Source: the human T2T-CHM13v2.0 reference genome, Homo sapiens
NCBI RefSeq assembly: GCF_009914755.1
Contig: NC_060941.1
Strand: one strand, 5' to 3'
Length of the DNA stretch: 64,000 bases
This document shows positions 1 to 11,831 of this stretch, piece by piece (position 1 is the stretch's first letter; each line of letters begins with the position of its first letter). Below the pieces are notes generated by a model. The model saw only the letters and a list, made by a program, of their open reading frames with translations, was not told the DNA's origin and searched no databases. A program made the translations under genes and the position numbers.

Positions 1-328
1 ACATGAAAGTCATGTTTATTTTCCAGCCATTTCTTAGAATCTTTAGAGTGAAATATAGAAACGTTTGCCATTTCTCAAAAGATAAACTCTACCATTCAAG
101 ACAGTTATCTTGAAGCTTGTGTAAAAATTAATCATATATATTATATACAGCATTGTAAATAGGTAGCCAAAACTTTTGTGTAGGCGAATAGTAATTCTCT
201 ATGATGTTTATGTTAGTATTTTAAGTATCTACTAAAGAAAGCTGTTGAATTTTAGAAGTAACATTGAAATAGTTAGGTGAAGTGATTATCCAGGTGTTTG
301 ATCACGTTAATTCCCTATCTTGCTGCAG

Positions 329-459
329 AAACTCAGAGGATTTCCTCATCACAACAGCACCCACATTTACGTAAAGTTTCAGTGTCTGAATCAAATGTTC
401 TCTTGGATGAAGAAGTACTTACTGATCCGAAGATCCAGGCGCTGCTTCTTACTGTTCTA
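329..459 (+). CDS. NF1: Neurofibromin coding exon (legacy exon 44), 131 nt
   Basis: tgctgcag|AAACTCAG...GTTCTA|gtaagg. Encodes (E)TQRISSSQQHPHLRKVSVSESNVLLDEEVLTDPKIQALLLTVL, recognised as the neurofibromin C-terminal domain; phase joins the next exon. Confidence 0.97.
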
Positions 460-637
460 GTAAGGATTTCCCCTTTTTGAGTCCCCCACCCTCAAATTTT
501 TATTCCAGTCTACTTTTAGGAGGCCCTTAAATATTAAAAACATGAATAGGATACAGTCTTCTACTTCTCACCCAAACAGATAACAATTCAGCCACAAAGT
601 AAAAATGTTGTGTGTTTACTTTTTTGCATCTTGGCAG

Positions 638-738
638 GCTACACTGGTAAAATATACCACAGATGAGTTTGATCAACGAATTCTTTATGAATACTTAGCA
701 GAGGCCAGTGTTGTGTTTCCCAAAGTCTTTCCTGTTGT
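638..738 (+). CDS. NF1: Neurofibromin coding exon (legacy exon 45), 101 nt
   Basis: ttggcag|GCTACACTG...CCTGTTGT|gtaagt. Encodes ATLVKYTTDEFDQRILYEYLAEASVVFPKVFPV(V). Confidence 0.97.
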
Positions 739-1848
739 GTAAGTATCTCCTTTTGATTTTAATTCACCTTCGTGCCTGTCTTTAAGTTAAATGCTTACCC
801 AGTAATGTGCACTGGTTGCAAAGAGGGCAAAATGAGATATTGTGATAGTGATTTTAGCTTTGAGACAGTAGGTTTAATGAGGGTTAAGATTAGTTTTGAC
901 CTATTAGATCTATTAGAAAGTTTATAAGGAAAGACTTTTAAAAAATCTGGTTGATTTATTTAAGTGGTTTATTTTGATGATCATTGCTCATTTTCCTCAC
1001 TTAGAAGCAAACTATTAGACTGCTATATCTAAATCAGCATATCTGTTTTGGTTTACTTTTTAGTAGAGCTTTTGTATTTATCCACAGCTGAGTGAAAACA
1101 AAATTGACCTTCTGTTTAGGAGGTGAATTGTTTACTCTCTCTTAAGGACTAAAAAATATTAACCTCAAAGTGTTCAAATTTAAATAGTTCAAATAAATTC
1201 TTTTCCTGATCTAGGCCTTCTATATCATGTCATTATTTTCTTTTTTTAATCTCATGTTAGAATTTTAGAGAGTTAGAACTCAGTTATTTTTATTAATGGA
1301 GTGTAGCCGGGTTAGAAATAATTTTTTTCCTAAGTTTCAGTTGGATCATGTATTTCACTCCCTCTAAACTATTTTGCTTTCCCTATTTGATCTGACTCAG
1401 CATTTTAAAAGCACTGATTAACATTAAATTTAATTTTTTTCTTTTTGTTTTGCACAGATCCTAAATTTAGTTTTAACTTCCTAAGCGCATGTCAGTATAC
1501 AACAGATGGAAATAGTACTAAAACATGCTAAGTAGCAGACAGAGCCAACCTTGTCTTAAGCAAACATTTACCGTATATGGTTACACATGGTTATATGACA
1601 CTACCAGTTGTTTGTTTTCACAATTTCTTCCCTGGTGACTAAAAACAAAAGACAAACAAAAACAGACACACACACATGTTCATTGTAGAAAATTTGGAAA
1701 ATGAAGAAATGCCCCAGAAAGTAAAAAGCACTCATCTCCCTTTAATTTTGGCACATTATTCTGGGGAATGTATATTATGTTTTCCACTACATATTTTCAT
1801 TTAATTTTCCTCTAAAATGTTCCTCTGTTGACTTTTTTTTTCTTTTAG

Positions 1849-1991
1849 GCATAATTTGTTGGACTCTAAGATCAACACCCTGTTATCATTGTGCCAAGAT
1901 CCAAATTTGTTAAATCCAATCCATGGAATTGTGCAGAGTGTGGTGTACCATGAAGAATCCCCACCACAATACCAAACATCTTACCTGCAAA
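1849..1991 (+). CDS. NF1: Neurofibromin coding exon (legacy exon 46), 143 nt
   Basis: Polypyrimidine tract tcttttag|GCATAAT...CTGCAAA|gtaaat. Encodes HNLLDSKINTLLSLCQDPNLLNPIHGIVQSVVYHEESPPQYQTSYLQ; phases are consistent. Confidence 0.97.
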
Positions 1992-2337
1992 GTAAATAAA
2001 TGTATCTGGAGAAGGATGGTTGATGAACTTGCTAACATGCGCGCTGTTGTAGAATGCACTGACTACAGAATTCTTTATAAGGGATAGACTTGTTCATACT
2101 TTTATTTCCATATTCCATTTTTTTACTCTCTCAACTGTATGTCCAATGTAACTGGTTGACAACTTTTTATGCTGAGTATATTTTAAGTAGGTTTTAGTTG
2201 CTTTGACACTCATTCTAAAAACATGTTTTCAACATGTACATAGGGTTTATATATCATCAGCTATATGACTTATTTAATTTCTGTTACAATTAAAAGATAC
2301 CTTGCTTGTTATAAGAGTAAAATTTGATTTGTTGCAG

Positions 2338-2384
2338 GTTTTGGTTTTAATGGCTTGTGGCGGTTTGCAGGACCGTTTTCAAAG
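2338..2384 (+). CDS. NF1: Neurofibromin coding exon (legacy exon 47), 47 nt
   Basis: gttgcag|GTTTTGGT...TCAAAG|gtaaga. Encodes (S)FGFNGLWRFAGPFSK. Confidence 0.97.
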
Positions 2385-2784
2385 GTAAGAAAATATATTT
2401 TTCTCTAACTTTTGGCAAAATGAAGGTTTCTGTTCAAATTAGTATGCCTGCTTTAAGAACACACAATGTGCTGAAAACCAGAAAAATAATTCACAATAAA
2501 CACATATGTTACTTTTATAAAAAGTTTCTCATCACAAGGTTTTTTTCCAGGAGGCAGCATGGTGTTGGGGTGTGTGTATTCACTTTTACAAACAAAGTCA
2601 ACTTATGATCAATTTTTCAGAAGAGTATGATAAACCTCTGTGATACTTTTCTGCCACAGTCCCTTGTGTATTTGATAATCTTAATGCACACAGTTAGATA
2701 TCTTATGACTAGCAAGGAGCATTACCATGGTTAAAATCTATTTCATGAAAACATTTTTATTTCCAGCCTATTAGATTAGATTAA

Positions 2785-3126
<342 letters not shown>

Positions 3127-3855
3127 TCAGTTTGTTTTTTGATTGGCATTAGTTTATGTAGTGCTACATAAGATGTATATGATCATTTTCTCTGTATGTG
3201 GGCTCTCTCCAAATTGATCAAAGTTCCTTGAAGACAGGGTTTCTGTTTCTTCCTTAAACAGTTCCTGGTGCAGTGTTTTAGATACAGGGGGTGCTAAATC
3301 AATATGAATTGTATAAACCTTGTTCCAGTTTTTAAGAATTGGGTATTTTATTTATTTCCTTTCACTATTACTTGAATATCTGTCAACATGCAAAGGTTGT
3401 CACTTAAAAAATGGGCCTGAAGTTACAGAAATAAGTATATCATACAGAAGTTTTTGCATTTGGATTGCCAGTAACCCTCTGAGCCCTTTACAGTGTCTAG
3501 TGAGTGGAATCTAAATGGCAGCTGGAATGATGATGCTCTGCTCATTTTCTCTGTTTTGGAAAATTGGCTAGACATCATTCCTGGTGATTGTATTGTCTCA
3601 GTATTACATTCAGTCTGTCTTGTGCATGGCTTTCAGAAAATGCAGGTTCATCTGGAAGCTTTAAGCTGAATAGAACTCCCTGTTGTAAGTCCTATGGTAG
3701 TCTATAAATATTACTCCACTCCCCTTTTTTAATGATAAGTAATACAAAGGAAGAAAAATAGTAAATTAAGTCCAAACAAAATTAATATTTTTGGCTTCAG
3801 ATGGGGATTTACTTAAAAAAAAGGAACTAAAATAATTTCCTATTTTCCATTACAG

Positions 3856-4072
3856 CAAACACAAATTCCAGACTATGCTGAGCTTATTGTTAAGTTTCTT
3901 GATGCCTTGATTGACACGTACCTGCCTGGAATTGATGAAGAAACCAGTGAAGAATCCCTCCTGACTCCCACATCTCCTTACCCTCCTGCACTGCAGAGCC
4001 AGCTTAGTATCACTGCCAACCTTAACCTTTCTAATTCCATGACCTCACTTGCAACTTCCCAGCATTCCCCAG
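3856..4072 (+). CDS. NF1: Neurofibromin coding exon (legacy exon 48), 217 nt
   Basis: ccattacag|CAAACACAA...TCCCCAG|gtcagt. Encodes QTQIPDYAELIVKFLDALIDTYLPGIDEETSEESLLTPTSPYPPALQSQLSITANLNLSNSMTSLATSQHSP and ends in phase 1. Confidence 0.97.
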
Positions 4073-4450
4073 GTCAGTAAATGTGATCTTTATATGACTT
4101 TGAGCAACAATATAAGACACCAACATTAGGAATTCCCTTGTGATCAGTTTATAGCAAATTTTGCTCCTTTTTCTTATGAGATTCACCTTACATTTCTTCT
4201 TTACCTTGTAACTGACTTGACTTTTGTTATTCTATGAAGCTTTCTACTTTCAAACAAGTTGTACATAAGACAGTAAAATGTTAAAATGTCCACATGATAT
4301 TCCAAGGTTGACAAGTTTGTAGAGTTTGGGCAGGAAGAGGAACTTAAAACACATTATTCTGTAAGTGAACAGAACTATAATTTATTTACTAGATATACTA
4401 ACATTGCCCTAAGGGCCTCTTTCTCTGTCTCTGATACAGCATACTATATC

Positions 4451-4490
4451 AAAAAAAAAAAAAAAAAAAAAAAAGAAGAAGAAGAAGAAA
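4451..4490 (+). repeat. Poly(A) run followed by (AAG)n
   Basis: About 24 A's then gaagaagaagaagaaa. Confidence 0.9.
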
Positions 4491-5385
4491 CACAAAATCT
4501 ATTAGGTACCTCACTTTCCTGCTGCCAGCAATAACTCAACCATCCATAGACCATCCTGAAAATCTGGAAGTAAATAAATAATCAAACAAAAAATTCATCT
4601 CAAGAAAATAACATCTTAAAGCCCATAAGCATATATATACCAATTCGTAATGCAACTTAGATTTGAATACACTGAGAAATACTAATAGCTAATAGCTCCA
4701 GTGGGACTGAGATAAACAAGGTGGGAGAAATGGCAAACCTACAGAACTCTGGACTTATTCAGTGTCATAGTGAATGGTTTCATACAACTCTGGTTGACCC
4801 TGGAGGTGCTATTCATTATAGAACTTAAACTATTGTGTGTGTTATTATGACAGTGAGTAATGAAGGAAAGCTTTTGTTATGGTTGTGTTTTCTATTTAGA
4901 AAGATATTCTTCTAAAATGGTTAAAAATAAAAGAAACTTTAGTTGTTTAACGTTCCATTATCTGAAAAGTTCACTTATGAAACACATCATTGTATAAGGA
5001 AAAGTTACTATATATAGTTCTTTTAAGTGTTAGCATAAATTTAAAAAAAATCCAATGACATAACTATTCTGTGATATTCAAGATCAATAAATAGAATTCC
5101 CAGTTTATGATCTCAGTTTTGCATGAACATTTCAACTTATGTAATTTTGAAGGTTCTGAAGAATTTGGCAATACCCAATTCATATTATAAACTATTATGT
5201 AATTAACTATATTCTATTAAATTCTGCTTAACAACAAAGCTTTGGTCAGCAGAGGAAACAAATTTTATTTCCACATTTGTCAGTCGCCTTACAAGTAATC
5301 CTTTTTTCCCCCAGAAGTAAGAGAAGTCTAACTTTTTTTCCCATGTAACAAGGTTTGTTTGCCCTCTGCCACTAACTCTCTAGTA

Positions 5386-5567
5386 CAGTGTTTCTCCACG
5401 TGTGATCCCAGACCAGCAGCATCATTTGGGAGCTTGTTAGAAATGCAGATGCTGTAGTTTCACCTCAGATCTGCACAAAAAACTCCCAAGTAGAGCCCAG
5501 CCAGCAGTCAGTGTGTTAATAAATACCCCAGGCGATTCTTACACACACTAGAATTGGAGAAGCACTG
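5386..5567. mobile_element. MER5A-like hAT MITE
   Basis: TIRs CAGTGTTTCTCCA / TGGAGAAGCACTG and internal gggagcttgttagaaatgcaga typical of MER5. Confidence 0.8.
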
Positions 5568-6781
5568 CCCTGGGGTCTGCTTCTGGTCTTGCCCATTATC
5601 AGCATTTCAGCTGTGAAGGCCAGGGCAAAACTTAAAATTTACTTTTTTTACAGATACTGCAGCCACTGAATTCCTTCCTGCTTCCCCGCTGATAAACCTT
5701 TTAGCATTTTGGAGCTAGGGAACCATACAGGTAATTTAGTTTTAGGCTCACAATATTGTGTACATTGGGGAGACTGAATTTTAGAAGAGCTGGGTTAACT
5801 GCTTTATACAGTTCTTATCTAGAACCAAGGCCAGGCCCTTTTGTACTACATTCATTGCCTTCCATGGCTGTTGTCTGTTTGATTATCTATCTACTTTCCC
5901 TTCTCCTTCTTTATTTCCTTGTTTTTGTTTGTTTATTGCTAATTCATTACTTCTGTCTGCCTTGCCTTAAGCCCACCAGTTCTTTTTTTTCTGTTGGACT
6001 ATTTTCTGGGTTACTGAACAGAAGTTGAAAAGTTTTTAAAAGTCTGCTTCATCTTAACCAAGCTTTTGCCTTTTGGGCTACTAAACTGGTGTTAAACATG
6101 TCAAAAATGGTTAGTTTTTTTATTGACTTTTTTTACCCAGTCTAATTGTAGGGAAATTTCTGCCTATCTTTGCCCACTAATGGAGACAATAAAATAATCT
6201 GGATGAGAATAAAGAACCATTACAGGTTTCTCTGCTATTTGATTAGTTGCATATGTCCAGTGTTGATTGGCTATTTGCCAAATCATTTGCTTTGGTGAAA
6301 CAGTCTTACTCTACAACCTTTTACTTAGAATTGTTTATTAAAATCAGAATAGGTTTTATGGCTTTGGTTCCAGTTTCAAACTAATGGTGTCACCTCCATT
6401 AGCTCTCCAAAGTTGGTGCCTTTATTCAGGCTGGAAATCTCTGACTATACACAGAAGAGATGAGGAGGTTTAAAAGTAATAGAGTTAAGTGGTATTGTGG
6501 TGTTCAACTCTTCCTGTCACTCAATTGTGTGTCATTGGTTTGACAGTTTATTTTACTACATGTTTTCAGAGAAAGGGTTTATCTTTTCAAAAGTAACCTT
6601 ACTCTCCCACAAAACCCATTTGTATCTCTAAATTACAGGCTCATGTTCACAAAAGGATCCCAATTTATATGCCCAATCACTGAGTTTTTGTCATTTGCTC
6701 TTACAGAATAACTCTTAATGGTAAGAGTTGATCTTTTGTTTATAATTAGGTATATTGCTTCATATCTTTAGCTCCATGTAA

Positions 6782-7502
<721 letters not shown>

Positions 7503-8381
7503 TAGCTGTATAGAAACCAAAACATTTCCTTATCTCCATTCCCAGCAGCCAAGTCTCAAGCAGTAGTATTGAAAGAAGTTCTCTGTCATTCCCCGATATG
7601 GAGCATAAGTTTGATTTACCATCAAATTACCCAACATCAACCTATACTTAGTCAACTGAGATTTAAACAGATAAAGGTTCCATTGCCCTATTTCAAAAAG
7701 CAAATGTTGCTGATCTGCACGCATTCAATCCTTTGCTATAAATGTTTCATGTCAATGCAAAACTCTTCATTCTAGATCTTTGATGTTTAGCAGGATCAGC
7801 TACTGAGCTGTATTTTCTTTTGTCCAACATTTTCTACTAGCAAATCAACAAAATAAGAGATTCATGAACCTCTCCTCCTCCCCCTCCTGCCCCAGCATTA
7901 GGTCTTACTTAAATTAAACATTTGGGCAGTATTTCGTTAGTTACCAGCTTTGAGGAGAAGTGGTAGTCACTTACATAAAGCAATTGTCTCTGAAAATGCA
8001 TTCTTCTTGACAAATTAGCATAGCCTAATTCTCCATCCTAAGGGGGACTGTTTTACAAGTCTACATATAAAAGTACCTAAATGGTTGTCTTCTGAATCCC
8101 TCCCTAGTAGAAATTGAATTTGGCATCAGTGGAGCCAGTGACTGTACCTGGGATTCAGTGCATATAGAATTGCATTGACTGTGACCCTTTAGGCAAATGG
8201 ATGTAAGACTTTGGCTCTTAGGATTTTCCCAAACACCAATAAGAGCATCTTGAAGAGAATCCATTTACTTTATGATATATAAGGATATTTCAGGTTTGAT
8301 ATTATGATCCTTATTAGGTCCAGTCTAGCTGAGCTGGACATGAATTGAAGAACCAGAATTAGAACTAGAAAATGAAACCCA

Positions 8382-8676
<295 letters not shown>

Positions 8677-9295
8677 TGAATTAATAGGATCCATTTCCAA
8701 AGCATTAAAATTTAATATATACTTTATCAGGGTCTTCTGATATTCTTCAGAGGAGAATTGTTGTAAGTTAATTCAATAAACATTTGAATACCTGTTTTGT
8801 AGGTGTATGTTAAGTATGTATTAGAATCCTTGATCACCAGAGACTTGACGGTTTTTGCCTTGAAAGTTATTTCCTTCCGATCCATGTTGTTTAACAAATT
8901 CTAAGTGTGCACTATTTTTTTTATTTTAAATACAAGATTAATACTATAGTGCACTGTAGAAAATACCAAAATTCCAGATATTTATCCTACATATATGTAT
9001 TGTTTACTATATGCAAGGGGCTCTTAGACCCCAGGGGAGCAGAGGGGCTGCCAGGGCATGATACCTGCCTTCAATATATTTCAGATCAGAACGGGCAGTA
9101 GAATGTACATAGATAACTATTTTGACCTCTATTGTGATACCTGTCATGTTGTACCTTGTACTATATAGTATTCTGATAGTTCAAAGGGACATTTGTGTGG
9201 AAGGATCATGTAATAATTATGGCAAAAGTTTTATAACACATTTTTCACCTCAAAAATGTTTTTAAACAAAACAAGTAAATTCGTGATCTATTTAA

Positions 9296-9595
9296 TTTTT
9301 TTTTTTTTTTTTTTGAGATGGAGTCTTGCTCTGTCACCCAGGCTGGAGTGCAGTGGCACGATCTCAGCTCACTGCAACCTCCGCCTCCCAGGTTCAAGCA
9401 ATTCTCCTGCTTCACCCTGCTGAGTAGCTGGCACTACAGGCACCCACTACCATGCCTGGCTAATTTTTGTATTTTTAGTGGAGACAGGGTTTCACCATAT
9501 TGGCCATGCTGGTCTCGAACTCCTGACCTTGTGATCCTCCCACCTCCACCTCCCAAAGTGCTGGGAATTACAGGCATGAGCCACCGCACCTGGCC
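9296..9595 (-). mobile_element. Alu (AluS-type)
   Basis: Antisense Alu consensus with poly-T. Confidence 0.93.
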
Positions 9596-9968
9596 TAAAA
9601 TTTTTTTTTACTAGGAAAAAGGCTTTAACTTTTTTTTGTTTGATCAGCTCATTTTACTGTTAGTATTGGTGCGTGAATTTTTTAGAACAAAGACATACTT
9701 AGTTCATCGTTACTTTAGACTCCCTTCTTCCATTTTTATTTCTGGCCTTGGTCCAAGCCTACCAGTCATTCTCTCACTTTGCTTCTGTAATGTAGACCTT
9801 CTTCCTGAGAAGCTGGCTAGATCAGGTAGTGATCATAACATTCCTAAACCAATAGTGCTGATAGCTCTGTGTACGGAGGGATATTTCATCTAAACCATTG
9901 CTCTAAACTTAGACTTGGCTCTGAGTCAGTAATACTTCTGTTTACTAGGTTTGAAATATCTCCCTCTT

Positions 9969-10100
9969 AGCTGGGCACAGTGGCACATGCTTGTGGTCCC
10001 AGCTACTAGGGAGGCTGAGGTGGGAGGATTGCTTGAGCCCAAGAGTTCAAGTCTGGCCTGGGCAACATCATGAGACCCTCGTCTTTTAAAAGAAGGAAAA
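9969..10100 (+). mobile_element. Alu monomer (FLAM/FAM-like)
   Basis: Single ~125-nt Alu arm with a short A-rich tail. Confidence 0.8.
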
Positions 10101-10586
10101 GAAATATCTCCCTTTTAGAAGAAACCTAAAAGTCTCTATTTTGAGGCCACTTAAGATCTCTGAAATGATTTTAATGTTTTAGAGAATTGTTTATGGTATT
10201 ACCTGACCTTTTTTTCTTGATTTGTTTTCTTTTTCTTTGTTATTATCCTATGTTTAAGGGAGAAAAATAATTTTAAATTGAGCGATTTCTTGGTATAATT
10301 CTTGCTAATTTTTAAATCTAATTTTTAGCTTAATTCTTAATTTAAACTAAAATTCTTAATTTTAATATAAGTGGTAAAAAAATACATCTACAAAGTTCTA
10401 AGTTCTATCATTTATTTACCAACTGTAATATTTAGGAAATTAATGGTCAGAATTCAATAATTAAAACCAGATTCCTTCTGAAAACCAAGGAACATTATAA
10501 TTATCTAGTATCTAATTGTATTTCACCCTTTTTTAAATCTTATGAACATCACTTACTTGCTTTTTTTTCTTCCATTCTTTGTAAAG

Positions 10587-10640
10587 CTTCTCTGCCTTGC
10601 TCTAAATCAGCAGTTTTCATGCAGCTGTTCCCTCATCAAG
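10587..10640 (+). CDS. NF1: NF1 alternative cassette exon 48a (54 nt, 18 aa; muscle/heart isoform)
   Basis: Long pyrimidine tract, then gtaaag|CTTCTCTG...CATCAAG|gtactc. Symmetric phase-1 exon encoding ASLPCSKSAVFMQLFPHQ, matching the known exon 48a peptide at 17 of 18 positions as I recall it. Confidence 0.92.
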
Positions 10641-11081
10641 GTACTCTTTATTTTCATCATCTTTGCACGAAAATACTGCTTACCCCACACTCATCCTGGG
10701 CACATAGCATGAGACTTTACTCACCGGTCCCTGTAAGCTCAGTCTGCCTTAGGCACTTTAGGAACTTGTAAAGCCACCACTTTATAAGGTCTTGGTACTT
10801 AACAGGAATTGCACGGCCAGTGTGTGGCCTGTCTTGTTTAAGGAGCTGCTAATACCCACCCAGAACAATGAAGATGCAATCCCATACCTGGACTAACAAA
10901 GGCAGGTTAATAAGAAACTCAAGAGAGAGTTAATAGAGAAAGAGCAGAATACGTGGTTTGATGAAGTTTTTTTAGCTTAGAAAATAACTTGTTTTCCCCA
11001 AATAGAAAGCCAACCCCAGTGTTTCCTCAGAAATTAAAGCTGGCTGTCTATTCAATCACCTGTGGTTAAAAAAAGGAATAT

Positions 11082-11333
11082 GGCCAGGTGCGATGGCTCA
11101 CGCCTATAATCACAGCACTTTGGGAGGCCAAGGTGGGCGGATCACTTGAGTCCAGGAGTTGAAAACCAGCCTGGGTAACGTGGCAAAACCCTCTTTCTAC
11201 AAAAAATACAAAAAGCTATTCACAGGACTGAGGTGGGGAGGTTGAGGCTTTGGTGAGCTGAGATCGCACCACCGCACTCCAGCCTGAGTGACAGAGCAAT
11301 ACTCTGTCTCACAAAAAAATTAAAAAAAAAAAA
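11082..11333 (+). mobile_element. Alu with internal right-arm deletions
   Basis: Sense Alu with a shortened right arm and poly-A tail. Confidence 0.88.
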
Positions 11334-11498
11334 TATATGGTCATTAGTTAGCTATAAGGACTAAGATGAAAAAATTTGACACATTTATGTCTAATTTATA
11401 AAAGATGCCTTTTCTTTTATTCACCTGTAATTAATATACAAAAAGATTACACCTAAACAGAAAAAGAAGTGCTAGCAGTTGGTGAACGTCATTTTTAA

Positions 11499-11831
<333 letters not shown>

